From Balanoglossus misakiensis (lineage: Eukaryota > Animalia > Hemichordata), in NCBI GenBank assembly GCA_040954595.2, contig CM082590.2, forward strand, positions 2,480,001-2,544,000: a stretch of DNA of 64,000 nucleotides, read 5' to 3'. Under the pieces are notes generated by a model. That model saw nothing but the letters and a program-made list of their open reading frames with translations. It searched no databases and was not told where the DNA came from. Positions 38,750 to 54,100 of this stretch are shown here, in pieces. A program made the position numbers and the translations under genes. Position 1 is the stretch's first letter; every line of letters begins with the position of its first letter.

Positions 38750-41609
38750 TAAAAGCTGTATCTGCTGTGCATGCCAAGTTTTGGAAATGTAGATCAAGGG
38801 TCATTGCCAAAATTATCAAAATATTTGGGTTATGTCCTGCCAGAGTAGTACTCATGTGAACAGAATCATGACTGTTGTGCTTTTTAACAAGAGACATATC
38901 AATGTACAATTAAGTTCTGAAAGATCTTGATCAAAGGGAAAATGAAAGTTGCAAAAAATTGTATAATTAAGTGTTAAAAAAAGGATCAATGGACATGTGA
39001 AAGTTGACAAAAAATTTTAACATTCTGGTCTTATGTTGACTCTATCCATAAAAAGGCTTGGTGTGCTATCATTCAGTAGCCTACAAATAGGAAATTTTAG
39101 TTTTTAATCGGAGTTCAGAAAATCCAATTAGGCTTCAATAAGGTTTAACCAATCACATTTTACGCGAAAGCGTGATTAAAAAAAGATTTTGGAAATTTTT
39201 CTTGGGATTTTTCAAAAATCCATAATAAATCCAAATTCACATGAACACTAACAATATTATTTTAAAAAATTGGAACGTACAGTAAATTAGAACTTGATTG
39301 GCCTTGTAATTTTTGAAAAAAAATGTCAACTTTTAAAGGTTATCAGAAAATCCAATATGGCCACCATGAAGAAGACAATTAAAAGAACATGCAGCATCAC
39401 AGGGGCCAAAGCAGTTAGCATGGTTCCAACAGAAAGCAAACTCTGTATCTGTTGTGGATTCTTAGAATGGTAGGTAAGCCAGAGGTCACGGAAATTTGTG
39501 CCAACAAATTTTGATATCAAACTGATAAGTGTCCAACAAGAACCAAACTTCTAAGCTCAATTGGTTAACTTTAAATAGGATTTAAGTAGATCATGGCCAA
39601 AATTATCAAAATATTTGGGTTATGTCCAGGCAGCAATAGTACTCATGTGTACAAAATCATGACTGTTGTGCTTTTTAACAAGAGACATATCCAAGTAGAT
39701 CAAGGGTCATGGCCAAAATTATCAAAATATTTGGGTTATGTCCTGGCAGCAATAAAACTCATGTGAACAAAATCATGACTGTTGTGCTTTTTAACAAGAG
39801 ACATATCCAAGTAGATCAATGGTCATTGCCAAAATTATCAAAATATTTGGGTTATGTCCTGGCAGCAGTAGTACTCTATGAACAAAATCATGACTGTTGA
39901 GCTTTTTATCAAGAGCCATATCCACATAAAATTAAGTTATGGAATTACTGGGTCAAAGGACATGCGAGAGTTGCCAACAAATTGTTTAATCAAGTTTTGA
40001 AAAAACTGGATCAAAGGACATGTGAAAGTTGCCAAAAAATGTAACGTATTCTAGTCATATGGCGACTCGTATCCATAAAATTAATTTGTGTGCTTTCAAT
40101 GAGTAGGCTAGAAATAGGAAATCTTAGTTTTTAATCAGTGTTCAGAAAAATCCAATTTGGCTCCAATAAGGTGACACCAATCACAATTCACTTGAAAACT
40201 TGATTAGAAAAAGATGTTCTGTAATTTTTTAATGAGATTTTTAAACAATCCAATTAGGCACCCAAAGTCACATGACCACTAATGATATTTTTGTCAAACT
40301 TTCAACCCTACAGTAAACTAGAATTTGATTTGCCCTGTAGTTTATGAAAATGTCAACTTTTAAAGGTTATTAGAAAATCCAATATGGCCACCATGAAGAA
40401 GACAATTAGAGCTACAAGCAGCATTGGAGTGGCCAAAGCGGTTAGCATGGTTCCAACAGAAAGCAAAGGCTGTATCTGTTGTGGATGCCTAGAAATGGTA
40501 AAGTATGCCAGAGGTGATGCAAAATGTGCCAACAAAATTTGATACCAAACTGATCAATGTCCAACAAAAAGCAGACTTCTACGCTTTATTAGTTAACTTT
40601 AAATAGCTTATATACATAATTATTGTGTTAAAGTTAATACATGTACTTCATTAGGTGTTCCAAGCCTCTAAATTTAAAAGCTGTATCTGCTGTACATGCC
40701 AAGTTATGGGAATGTAGATCAAAAGTTACTGCCAAAATTATCAAAATATTTGGGTTATGTCCTGGCAGCAGTAGTACTCATGTGAACAAAATCACGACTG
40801 CTGTGCTTTTTAACAAGAGGCATATCAACGTAGAATTAAGTTCTGAAAGATCTGGATCAAAAGACGAATGAAAGTTGCAAAAAAATAGTATAATTAAGTG
40901 TTGAAAAAATGGATGAAAGGACATGTGAAAGTTGATAAAAATTGTTTAACATATTCTGGACTTATGGTGACTCGTATCCATAAAAAGGATTGGTGTGCTA
41001 TCATTCAGTAGCCTTGAAATAGGAAATTTTAGTTTTTAATCGGAGTTCAGACAATCCAATTTGACTTCAATAAGGTTTAACCAATCACAATTCACTTGAA
41101 AGCTTGATTAAAAAAGATTTTGGAAATTTTTCATGAGTTTTTGAAAAAATCCATAATGAATCCAAATTCACATGACCACTATAAATATAATTGAAAAAAA
41201 AATGGAACGGCCAGTAAATTAGAACTTGATTGGCCCTGCAGTTTAGAAAAAAATGTCCACTTTTAGAGATTATCAGAAAATCCAATATGGCCGCCATGAA
41301 GAAGACCCAACTATAAGCAGCATTGGAGTGACCAAAGTGGTTAGCATGGTTCCAACAGAAAGCAAAGGCTGTATCTGTTATGGATGCTGAGAAATGGTAA
41401 GTAAGCCAGAGGTCAGGCAAATTTGTGCCAACAAATTTTGACATCAAACTGATAAGTCTCCAACAAGAACCAAACTTCTAAGCTCAATTGGTTAACTTTA
41501 AATAGGATAAGTACATAATGATTGTGTTAAAAATTAATACTTCATTAGGTGTTCCAGTCCTCTAAATTTGAAAGCCGTATCTGCTGTGCATGGCAAGTTA
41601 TGGGAAAGA

Positions 41610-44030
41610 AGATCATGGCCAAAATTATCAAAATATTTGGGTTATGTCCTGGCAGCAATAGTACTCATGTGTACAAAATCATGACTGTTGTGCTTTTTAA
41701 CAAGAGACATATCCAAGTAGATCAAGGGTCATGGCCAAAATTATCAAAATATTTGGGTTATGTCCTGGCAACAATAAAACTCATGTGAACAAAATCATGA
41801 CTGTTGTGCTTTTTAACTAGAGACATATCCAAGTAGATCAAGGGTCATGGCCGAAATAATCAAAATATTTGGGTTATGTCCTGGCAGCAATAAAATTCAT
41901 ATGAACAAAATCATGACTGTTGTGCTTTTTAACAAGAGACATATCCAAGTAGATCAAGGGTCATTGCCAAAATTATCCAAATATTTTGGTTATGTCCTGG
42001 CAGCAATAAAACTCATGTGAACAAAATCATGACTATTGTGCTTTTTAACAAGAGACATATCCAAGTAGATCAAGGGTCATTGCCAAAATGATCAAAATAT
42101 ATGGGTTATGTCCTGGCAGCAATAAAACTCATGTGAACAAAATCATGACTGTTGTGCTTTTTAACAAGAGCCATATCCAAGTAGATCAAGGGTCATTGCC
42201 AAAATTATCAAAATATTTGGGTTATGTCCTGGCAGCAATAAAACTCATGTGAACAAAATCATGACTGTTGTGCTTTTTAACAAGAGACATATCAAAGTAG
42301 ATCAAGGGTCATTGCCAAAATTATCAAAATATTTGGGTTATGTCCAGGCACCAATAGTACTCATGTGAACAAAATCATGACTGTTGTGCTTTTTAACAAG
42401 AGACATATCCAAGTAGATCAAGGGTCATTGCCAAAATTATCAAAATATTTGGGTTATGTCCAGGCAGCAATAGTACTCATGTGAACAAAATCATGACTGT
42501 TGTGCTTTTTAACAAGAGGCATATCCAAGTAGATCAAGGGTCATTGCCAAAATTATCAAAATATTTGGGTTACGTCCAGGCAGCAATAGTACTCATGTGA
42601 ACAAAATCATGACTGTTGTGCTTTTTAACAAGAGACATATCCAAGTAGATCAAGGGTCATTGCCAAAATTATCAAAATATTTGGGTTATGTCCAGGCAGC
42701 AATAGTACTCATGTGAACAAAATCATGACTGTTGTGCTTTTTAACAAGAGACATATCCAAGTAGATCAAGGGTCATTACCAAGATTATCAAAATATTTGG
42801 GTTATGTCCTGGCAGCAATAAAAATCATGTGAACAAAATCATGACTGTTGTGCCTTTTAACAAGAGACATATCCAAGTAGATCAAGGGTCATTGCCAAAA
42901 GTATCAAAATATTTGGGTTATGTCCTGGCAGCAATAAAACTCATGTGAACAAAATCATGACTGTTGTGCTTTTTAACAAGAGACATATCAAAGTAGATCA
43001 AGGGTCATTGCCAAAATTATCAAAATATTTGGGTTATGTCCAGGCACCAATAGTACTCATGTGAACAAAATCATGACTGTTGTGCTTTTAACAAGAGACA
43101 TATCCAAGTAGATCAAGGGTCATTGCCAAAATTATCAAAATATTTGGGTTATGTCCAGGCAGCAATAGTACTCATGTGAACAAAATCATGACTGTTGTGC
43201 TTTTTAACAAGAGACATATCCAAGTAGATCAAGGGTCATTACCAAGATTATCAAAATATTTGGATTATGTCCAGGCAGCAATAGTACTCATGTGAACAAA
43301 ATCATGACTGTTGTGCTTTTTAACAAGAGACATATCCAAGTAGATCAAGGGTCATTGCCAAAATTATCAAAATATTTGGGTTATGTCCAGGCAGCAATAG
43401 TACTCATGTGAACAAAATCATGACTGTTGTGCTTTTTAACAAGAGACATATCCAAGTAGATCAAGGGTCATTGCCAAGATTATCAAAATATTTGGGTTAT
43501 GTCCTGGCAGCAATAAAACTCATGTGAACAAAATCATGACTGTTGTGCTTTTTAACAAGAGACATATCCAAGTAGATCAAGGGTCATTGCCAAAGTTATC
43601 AAAATATTTGGGTTATGTCCTGGCAGCGACAAAACTCATGTGAACAAAATCATGACTGTTGTGCTTTTTAACAAGAGACATATCCAAGTAGATCAAGGGT
43701 CATGGCCAAAATTATCAAAATATTTGGGTTATGTCCTGGCAACAATAAAACTCATGTGAACAAAATCATGACTGTTGTGCCTTTTAACAAGAGACATATC
43801 CAAGGGATCAAGGGTCATTACCAAGATTATCAAAATATTTGGGTTATGTCCTGGCAGCAATAAAAATCATGTGAACAAAATCATGACTGTTGTGCTTTTT
43901 AACAAGAGACATATCCAAGTAGATCAAGGGTCATTGCCAAAATTATCAAAATATTTGGGTTATGTCCTGGCAGCAGTAGTACTCTTTGAACAAAATCATG
44001 ACTGTTGAGCTTTTTATCAAGAGCCATATC
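41610..44030. repeat. 116 bp satellite, ~21 copies
   Basis: AAGTAGATCAAGGGTCATTGCCAAAATTATCAAAATATTTGGGTTATGTCC...AACAAGAGACATATCC; 41701 to 42281 equals 5 x 116. Confidence 0.95.
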
Positions 44031-44559
44031 CACATAAAATTAAGTTATGGAATTACTGGATCAAAGGACATGCGAGAGTCGCCAACAAATTGTTTAATCA
44101 AATACTGAAAAAAAACTGGATCAAAGAACATATGAAAGTTGTCAAAAAATGTAACATATTCTAGTCATATGGTGACTCGTATCCACAGAAAGAATTTGTG
44201 TGCTTTCAATGAGTAGGATAAAAAAAGGAATTTTAGCTTTTAATCGGAGTTCAGAAAATCCAATTTGGCTCTGATAAGGTTAAACCAATCACAATTCACT
44301 TGAAAACTTGATTAGAAAAAGATTTTCGTAATTTTTGAATGAGATTTTTAAAAAATCCAATAAGGCACCAAAAGTCACATGACCACTAATGATATTTTAT
44401 CAAACTTTCAACCGCACAGTAAATTAGAACTTGATTGGCCCTGTAGTTTATGAAAATGTCAACCTTTAAAGCTTATTAGAAAATCCAATATGGCCGCCAT
44501 GAAGAAGACAATTACAACTAAAAGTAGAATTGGAGGGACCAAGGTTCCAACAGAAAGCA

Positions 44560-45060
44560 GACCCCATCAAAATTCCAATTAACAAAATCAGGTAGGGGCA
44601 CCATACCACACATTCCTACCAATTTTCAGCTCCATCGTACATATAGTTAGGGAGAAGAAGATTTTTTTACCAAAAATTTTATTTTTAGATCTAATTTGCA
44701 TATTCATGACCCGATCAAATCCAAATTAACAAAATTAGGTAGGGACACCATAACACACATTCCTACCAAATTTCAGCTCCATCGTACATGTAGTTAGGGA
44801 GAAGATTTTTTTACCAAAAATTTTATTTTTAGATCTAATTTGCATATTCATGACCCGATCAAATCCAAATTAACAAAATCAGGTAAGGGCACCATAACAC
44901 ACATTCCAACCAAATTTCAGCTAAATATGCCAAGTAGTTTTATAGAAGAAGATTGAAATACCAAAAGTTGACAGACTACGGATGACGGACGACAGACGAC
45001 GGACAGACATTTATCAACCTACTGCTACAGCTCGGCTGACACAAGTGACAGCAGAGCTAA
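44560..45060 (+). mobile_element. 5'-deleted duplicate of the HINE
   Basis: Same 146 bp repeats, microsatellite, hairpin and right flank as 38420-38749 (offset 6311). Confidence 0.85.
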
Positions 45061-46281
45061 TAAAAGCTGTATCTGCTGTGCATGCCAAGTTTTGGAAATG
45101 TAGATCAAGGGTCATTGCCAAAATTATCAAAATATTTGGGTTATGTCCTGCCAGAGTAGTACTCATGTGAACAAAATCATGACTGTTGTGCTTTTTAACA
45201 AGAGACATATCAATGTACAATTAAGTTCTGAAAGATCTTGATCAAAGGGAAAATGAAAGTTGCAAAAAATTGTATAATTAAGTGTTAAAAAAAGGATCAA
45301 TGGACATGTGAAAGTTGACAAATTTTTTTAACATTCTTGTCTTATGTTGACTCTATCCATAAAAAGGCTTGGTGTGCTATCATTCAGTAGCCTACAAATA
45401 GGAAATTTTAGTTTTTAATCGGAGTTCAGAAAATCCAATTAGGCTTCAATAAGGTTTAACCAATCACAATTTACGCGAAAGCTTGATTAAAAAAAGATTT
45501 TGGAAATTTTTCATGGTATTTTTCAAAAATCCATAATAAATCCAAATTCACATGAACACTAACAATATTATTTTAAAAAATTGGAACGTACAGTAAATTA
45601 GAACTTGATTGGCCTTGTAATTTTTGAAAAAAAATGTCAACTTTTAAAGGTTATCAGAAAATCCAATATGGCCACCATGAAGAAGACAATTAAAAGAACA
45701 TGCAGCATCACAGGGGCCAAAGCAGTTAGCATGGTTCCAACAGAAAGCAAACTCTGTATCTGTTGTGGATTCATAGAATGGTAGGTAAGCCAGAGGTCAC
45801 GCAAATTTGTGCCAACAAATTTTGATATCAAACTGATAAGTGTCCAACAAGAACCAAACTTCTAAGCTCAATTGGTTAACTTTAAATAGGATAAGTACAT
45901 AATGATTGTGTTAAAGATTAATACTTCATTAGGTGTTCCAGTCCTCTATATTTGAAAGCCATATCTGCTGTGCATGTCAAATTATGGGAAAGTAGATCAT
46001 GGCCAAAATTATCAAAATATTTGGGTTATGTCCAGGCAGCAATAGTACTCATGTGTACAAAATCATGACTGTTGTGCTTTTTAACAAGAGACATATGCAA
46101 GTAGATCAAGGGTTTGATATCAAACTGATAAGTGTCCAACAAGAACCAAACTTCTAAGCTCAATTGGTTAACTTTAAATAGGATAAGTATATAATGATTG
46201 TGTTAAAGATTAATACTTCATTAGGTGTTCCAGTCCTCTATATTTGAAAGCCATATCTGCTGTGCATGTCAAATTATGAGA

Positions 46282-46855
46282 AAGTAGATCATGGCCAAAA
46301 TTATCAAAATATTTGGGTTATGTCCAGGCAGCAATAGTACTCATGTGTACAAAATCATGACTGTTGTGCTTTTTAACAAGAGACATATGCAAGTAGATCA
46401 AGGGTCATGGCCAAAATTATCAAAATATTTGGGTTATGTCCTGGCAGCAATAAAACTCATGTGAACAAAATCATGACTGTTGTGCTTTTTAACAAGAGAC
46501 ATATCCAAGTAGATCAAGGGTCATGGCCAAAATTATCAAAATATTTGGGTTATGTCCTGGCAGCAATAAAACTCATGTGAACAAAATCATGACTGTTGTG
46601 CTTTTTAACAAGAGACATATCCAAGTAGATCAAGGGTCATTGCCAAAATTATCAAAATATTTGGGTTATGTCCTGGCAGCAATAAAACTCATGTGAACAA
46701 AATCATGACTGTTGTGCTTTTTAACAAGAGACATATCCAAGTAGATCAAGGGTCATTGCCAAAATTATCAAAATATTTGGGTTATGTCCTGGCAGCAGTA
46801 GTACTCTTTGAACAAAATCATGACTGTTTAGCTTTTTATCAAGAGCCATATCCAC
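46282..46855. repeat. 116 bp satellite, ~5 copies
   Basis: Same monomer as 41610-44030. Confidence 0.9.
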
Positions 46856-48538
46856 ATAAAATTTAGTTATGGAATTACTGGGTCAAAGGACATGCGAGAG
46901 TTGCCAACAAATTGTTTAATCAAGTTTTGAAAAAACTGGATCAAAGGACATGTGAAAGTTGCCAAAAAATGTAACGTATTCTAGTCATATGGCGACTCGT
47001 ATCCATAAAATTAATTTGTGTGCTTTCAATGAGTAGGCTAGAAATAGAAAATCTTAGTTTTTAATCAGTGTTTAGAAAAATCCAATTTGGCTCCAATAAG
47101 GTGACACCAATCACAATTCACTTGAAAACTTGATTAGAAAAAGATGTTCTGTAATTTTTTAATGAGATTTTTAAACAATCCAATTAGGCACCCAAAGTCA
47201 CTTGACCACTAATGATATTTTTGTCAAACTTTCAACCCTACAGTAAACTAGAATTTGATTGGCCCTGTAGTTTATGAAAATGTCAACTTTTAAAGGTTAT
47301 TAGAAATTCCAATATGGCCACCATGAAGAAGACAATTAGAGCTACAAGCAGCATTGGAGTGGCCAAAGCGGTTAGCATGGTTCCAACAGAAAGCAAATGC
47401 TGCATCTGTTGTGGATGCCTAGAAATGGTAAAGTATGCCAGAGGTGATGCAAAATGTGCCAACAAAATTTGATACCAAACTGATCAGTGTCCAACAAAAA
47501 GCAGACTTCTACGCTTTATTGGTTAACTTTAAATAGCTTATATACATAATTATTGTGTTAAAGTTAATACATGTACTTTATTAGGTGTTCCAGTCCTCTA
47601 AATTTAAAAGCTGTATCTGCTGTGCATGCCAAGTTATGGGAATGTAGATCAAAAGTTACTGCCAAAATTATCAAAATATTTGGGTTATGTCCGGGCAGCA
47701 GTAGTACTCATGTGAACAAAATCACGACTCTTGTGCTTTTTAACAAGAGGCATATCAACGTAGAATTAAGTTCTCAAAGATCTGGATCAAAAGACGAATG
47801 ACAGTTGCAAAAAAATTGTATAATTAAGTGTTGAAAAAATGGATGAAAGGACATGTGAAAGTTGATAAAAATTGTTTAACATATTCTGGTCTTATGGTGA
47901 CTCGTATCCATAAAAAGGATTGGTGTGCTATCATTCAGTAGCCTTGAAATAGGAAATTTTAGTTTTTAATCGGAGTTCAGACAATCCAATTTGGCTTCAA
48001 TAAGGTTTAACCAATCACAATTCACTTGAAAGCTTGATTAAAAAAGATTTTGGAAATTTTTCATGAGTTTTTGAAAAAATCCATAATGAATCCAAATTCA
48101 CATGACCACTATTAATATAATTGAAAAAAAAAATTGGAACGGCCAGTAAATTAGAACTTGATTGGCCCTGCAGTTTAAAAAAAAAAGGTCAACTTTTAGA
48201 GATTATCAGAAAATCCAATATGGCCGCCATGAAGAAGACCCAACTATAAGCAGCATTGGAGTGACCAAAGTGGTTTGCATGGTTCCAACAGAAAGCAAAG
48301 GCTGTATATGTTATGGATGCTGAGAAATGGTAAGTAAGCCAGAGGTCACGCAAATTTGTGCCAACAAATTTTGATATCAAACTGATAAGTGTCCAACAAG
48401 AACCAAACTTCTTAGCTCAATTGGTTAACTTTAAATAGGATAAGTACATAATGATTGTGTTAAAGATTAATACTTCATTAGGTGTTCCAGTCCTCTAAAT
48501 TTGAAAGCCGTATCTGCTGTGCATGGCAAGTTATGGGA

Positions 48539-49465
48539 AAGTAGATCATGGCCAAAATTATCAAAATATTTGGGTTATGTCCAGGCAGCAATAGTACTCA
48601 TGTGTACAAAATCATGACTGTTGTGCTTTTTAACAAGAGACATATCCAAGTAGATCAAGGGTCATTGCCAAAATTATCAAAATATTTGGGTTATGTCCTG
48701 GCAGCAATAGTACTCATGTGTACAATATCATGACTGTTGTGCTTTTTAACAAGAGACATATCCAAGTAGATCAAGGGTCATGGCCAAAATTATCAAAATA
48801 TTTAGGTTATGTCCTGGCAGCAATATAACTCATGTGAACAAAATCATGACTGTTGTGCTTTTTAACAAGAGACCTATCCAAGTAGATCAAGGGTCATTGC
48901 CAAAATTATCAAAATATTTGGTTATGTCCTGGCAGCAATAAAACTCATGTGAACACAATAATGACTGTTGTGCTTTTTAACAAGAGACATATCCAAGTAG
49001 ATCAAGGGTCATTGCCAAAATTATCAAAATATTTGGGTTATGTCCTGGCAGCAATAAAACTCGTGTGAACACAATCATGACTGTTGTGCTTTTTAACAAG
49101 AGACATATCCAAGTAGATCAAGGGTCATTGCCAAAATTATCAAAATATTTTGGTTATGTCCTGGCAGCAATAGTACTCATGTGAACAAAATCATGACTGT
49201 TGTGCTTTTTAACAAGAGACATATCCAAGTAGATCAAGGGTCATTGCCAAAATTATCAAAATATTTGGGTTATGTCCAGGCAGTAATAGTACTCATGTGA
49301 ACAAAATCACGACTGTTGTGCTTTTTAACAAGAGACATATCCAAGTAGATCAAGGGTCATTGCCAAAATTATCAAAATATTTGGGTTATGTCCTGGCAGC
49401 AGTAGTACTCATGTAAACAAAATCACGACTGTTGTGCTTTTTAACAAGAGGCATATCAACGTAGA
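48539..49465. repeat. 116 bp satellite, ~8 copies
   Basis: Same monomer as 41610-44030. Confidence 0.92.
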
Positions 49466-50235
49466 ATTAAGTTCTGAAAGATCTGGATCTAAAGACGAAT
49501 GAAAGTTGCAAAAAAATTGTATAATTAAGTGTTGAAAAAATGGATGAAAGGACATGTGAAATTTGATAAAAATTGTTTAACATATTTTGGTCTTATGGTG
49601 ACTCGTATCCATAAAAAGGATTGGTGTGCTATCATTCAGTAGCCTTGAAATAGGAAATTTTAGTTTTTAATCGGAGTTCAGACAATCCAATTTGGCTTCA
49701 ATAAGATTTAACCAATCACAATTCACTTGAAAGCTTGATTAAAAAAGATTTTGGAAATCTTCATGAGTTTTTGAAAAAATCCATAATAAATCCAAATTCA
49801 CATGACCACTATTAATATAATTGAAAAAAAATTGGAACGGCCAGTAAATTAGAACTTGATTGGCCCTGCAGTTTAGAAAAAAATGTCAACTTTTAGAGAT
49901 TATCAGAAAATCCAATATGGCCGCCATGAAGAAGACCCAACTATAAGCAGCATTGGAGTGACCAAAGTGGTTAGCATGGTTCCAACAGAATGCAAAGGCT
50001 GTATCTGTTATGGATGCTGAGAAATGGTAAGTAAGCCAGAGGTCACGCAAATTTGTGCCAACAAATTTTGACATCAAACTGATAAGTGTCCAACAAGAAC
50101 CAAACTTCTAAGCTCAATTGGTTAACTTTAAATAGGATAAGTACATAACGATTGTGTTAAAGATTAATACTTCATTAGGTGTTCCAGTCCTCTAAATTTG
50201 AAAGCCGTATCTGCTGTGCATGGCAAGTTATGGGA

Positions 50236-51166
50236 AAGTAGATCATGGCCAAAATTATCAAAATATTTGGGTTATGTCCAGGCAGCAATAGTACTCATGT
50301 GTACAATATCATGACTGTTGTGCTTTTTAACAAGAGACATATCCAAGTAGATCAAGGGTCATGGCCAAAATTATCAAAATATTTTGGTTATGTCCTGGCA
50401 GCAATAAAACTCATGTGAACACAATAATGACTGTTGTGCTTTTTAACAAGAGACATATCCAAGTAGATCAAGGGTCATTGCCAAAATTATCAAAATATTT
50501 GGGTTATGTCCTGGCAGCAATAAAACTCGTGTGAACACAATCATGACTGTTGTGCTTTTTAACAAGAGACATATCCAAGTAGATCAAGGGTCATTGCCAA
50601 AATTATCAAAATATTTGGGTTATGTCCTGGCAGCAATAAAACTCATGTGAACACAATCATGACTGTTGTGCTTTTTAACAAGAGGCATATCCAAGTAGAT
50701 CAAGGATCATTGCCAACATTATCAAAATATGTAGGTTATGTCCAGGCAGCAATAAAACTCATGTGAACACAATTATGACTGTTGTGTTTTTTAACAAGAG
50801 ACATATCCAAGTAGATCAAGGGTCATTGCCAAAATTATCAAAATATTTTGGTTATGTCCTGGCAGCAATAAAACTCATGTGAACAAAATCATGACTGTTG
50901 TGCTTTTTAACAAGAGACATATCCAAGTAGATCAAGGGTCATCGCCAAAATTATCAACATATTTGGGTTATGTCCTGGCAGCAATAAAACTCATGTGAAC
51001 ACAATTATGACTGTTGTGCTTTTTAACAAGACTAGAGACATATCCAAGTAGAACAAGGGTCATTGCCAAAATTATCAAAATATTTGGGTTATGTCCTGGC
51101 AGCAATAAAACTCATGTGAACACAATCATGACTGTTGTGCTTTTTAACAAGAGACATATCCAAGTA
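50236..51166. repeat. 116 bp satellite, ~8 copies
   Basis: Same monomer as 41610-44030. Confidence 0.92.
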
Positions 51167-51196
51167 CAATTCAGTTCTAACAAATCTGAATCAAAG

Positions 51197-54100
51197 GACA
51201 TGTGAAATTTGCCAAAAAATGTAACGTATTCTATACATATGGTGACTCGTATCAATAAAATGAATGTGTGCTTTAAATGAGTAGGCTAGAAATAGGAAAT
51301 CTTTGTCTTTAATTAGAGTTCAGAAAGTCCAATTTGGCTCCAATAAGGTTTAACTAATCACAATACACTTGAAAACTTGATTAGAAAAAGATTTTGGAAA
51401 TGTTAAATGAGATTTTTCAACAATCCATAATGAATCCAAAGTCGCATGACCACTAACAATATTATTGAAAAAAATTGGAAGGGACAGTAAATTAGAACTT
51501 GATTGGCCATGTAGTTTTGAAAAAATGTCAACTTTAAGAGGTTATCAGAAAATCCAATATGGCCAACATGAAGAAGACAATTAAAGGAACATGCAACATT
51601 ACAGGGGCCAAAGCAGTTAGCATGGTTCCAACAGAAAGCAAACTCTGTATCTGTTGTGGATGGCTAGAAATGGTAAGCCAGAGGTCACTATGTCTATGTA
51701 TAATTAACTTCTTAAAACATAGCGTATAGGAAACTGTTGTGCCATTTGGGGATTACACAGATTTTAGGTATTCACCAGAATTAAATCGCGGGCGACATTG
51801 GCAAGCATATATGGCAAAAATATTCAAATACTATGGAAACATAAAAAAATTCACCATGCTCAATCAAGTGTTATGTGTCACTGCAATCTTACAAGCAGCA
51901 CTAAAAAAAACAGATTTTTGTCCAAAAACTGTCTGTAAAATACATGCGAGTATGACAAGCTAATTAGTCCAATCAGACAGAGGCATTCACTGACCTACCA
52001 CCAGTTTATAATAAAATAACCGGTGGTCTCTGTAACAGCTGGACCACAACTGATTTTTGTCCAAAAACTGTCTGTAAAATATATGCGAGTATGACAAGCT
52101 AATTAGTCCAATCAGACAGAGGCATTCACTGACCTACCACCAGTTTATAATAAAATAGCCGGTGGTCTCTGTAACAGCTGGACCGGTAAAATTATATAAG
52201 GCTGTTTATTTTACTGATAAAAAATGTTTATAGGTCTTTGTAGGTTATAATAAAGAAAATTATCAAAATCGGTTCACCAGTTTTCAAGGTACAAAAGCAT
52301 CAAAAAATACTGATATTCTCAAGTATCTTATAAATATTAGGAATATTATGAGCTGATAAATCTTCTAAGCTCTTCTTTCTGGCTAGAAGGTCTGCTATAT
52401 TATCGAATACTCTTTATGCTACTTCCATAATGTTGCCTGTGCAAATTAACAATCAAAATACCCACTTGCTAGACAATTGTAAGACAAACATTTTTGTTGG
52501 GTAATTACAGAATAATTATTTTAATTCCATGCATACTCTACCTAAACACAAATTAGAATATATAACTGAAATTATAATTATACACAGGTCTATGAAATGC
52601 AAAGAAAATGTATTTCTAGGAAAGAACACCCATGGGCATTCAGCTCTAAGCAGATAACATCAGTCACTTTGAAGACATGTCACTTCCCAGACTTGACTAA
52701 ACAAACTTCCAACCCTGAAGTGAAACGCATCTCCGAGTTGCATACACAATATGATCATATAATGTTAGATATTTATCATGGTTTAAGTGAAAACAAATTA
52801 GGAGATGTAAACACCCCTGCCATTTATTCAGTGCCATATAATGCTGCCATTATGACATGTGAAATTTGCCAAAAAATGTAACGTATTCTATACATATGGT
52901 GACTCGTATCAATAAAATGAATGTGTGCTTTAAATGAGTAGGCTAGAAATAGGAAATCTTTGTCTTTAATTAGAGTTCAGAAAGTCCAATTTGGCTCCAA
53001 TAAGGTTTAACTAATCACAATACACTTGAAAACTTGATTAGAAAAAGATTTTGGAAATGTTAAATGAGATTTTTCAACAATCCATAATGAATCCAAAGTC
53101 GCATGACCACTAACAATATTATTGAAAAAAATTGGAAGGGACAGTAAATTAGAACTTGATTGGCCATGTAGTTTTGAAAAAATGTCAACTTTAAGAGGTT
53201 ATCAGAAAATCCAATATGGCCAACATGAAGAAGACAATTAAAGGAACATGCAACATTACAGGGGCCAAAGCAGTTAGCATGGTTCCAACAGAAAGCAAAC
53301 TCTGTATCTGTTGTGGATGGCTAGAAATGGTAAGCCAGAGGTCACTATGTCTATGTATAATTAACTTCTTAAAACATAGCGTATAGGAAACTGTTGTGCC
53401 ATTTGGGGATTACACAGATTTTAGGTATTCACCAGAATTAAATCGCGGGCGACATTGGCAAGCATATATGGCAAAAATATTCAAATACTATGGAAACATA
53501 AAAAAATTCACCATGCTCAATCAAGTGTTATGTGTCACTGCAATCTTACAAGCAGCACTAAAAAAAACAGATTTTTGTCCAAAAACTGTCTGTAAAATAC
53601 ATGCGAGTATGACAAGCTAATTAGTCCAATCAGACAGAGGCATTCACTGACCTACCACCAGTTTATAATAAAATAACCGGTGGTCTCTGTAACAGCTGGA
53701 CCACAACTGATTTTTGTCCAAAAACTGTCTGTAAAATATATGCGAGTATGACAAGCTAATTAGTCCAATCAGACAGAGGCATTCACTGACCTACCACCAG
53801 TTTATAATAAAATAGCCGGTGGTCTCTGTAACAGCTGGACCGGTAAAATTATATAAGGCTGTTTATTTTACTGATAAAAAATGTTTATAGGTCTTTGTAG
53901 GTTATAATAAAGAAAATTATCAAAATCGGTTCACCAGTTTTCAAGGTACAAAAGCATCAAAAAATACTGATATTCTCAAGTATCTTCAACATTTTTCAAA
54001 AAATTATGCACGATTCACAGAAGAATACTTCTTTCAGTTTTACAGGAGATCATCTAAACTTGTAAAGAAAATCTCTCTATTTTTTGCATGGCACCATGGG

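Larger units (their letters stand above)
34400..51689. repeat. Macrosatellite with a ~900 bp unit (about 11-12 units), internal expansions and multi-kb duplications
   Basis: The anchor AATCCAATATGGCC(G/A)CCATGAAGAAGAC occurs at ~35750, 36648, 39349, 40376, 41279, 44482, 45660, 47306, 48211, 49909 and 51551. Unexpanded spacing is ~900 bp and block offsets are 6311, 6930 and 1697. Confidence 0.9.
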
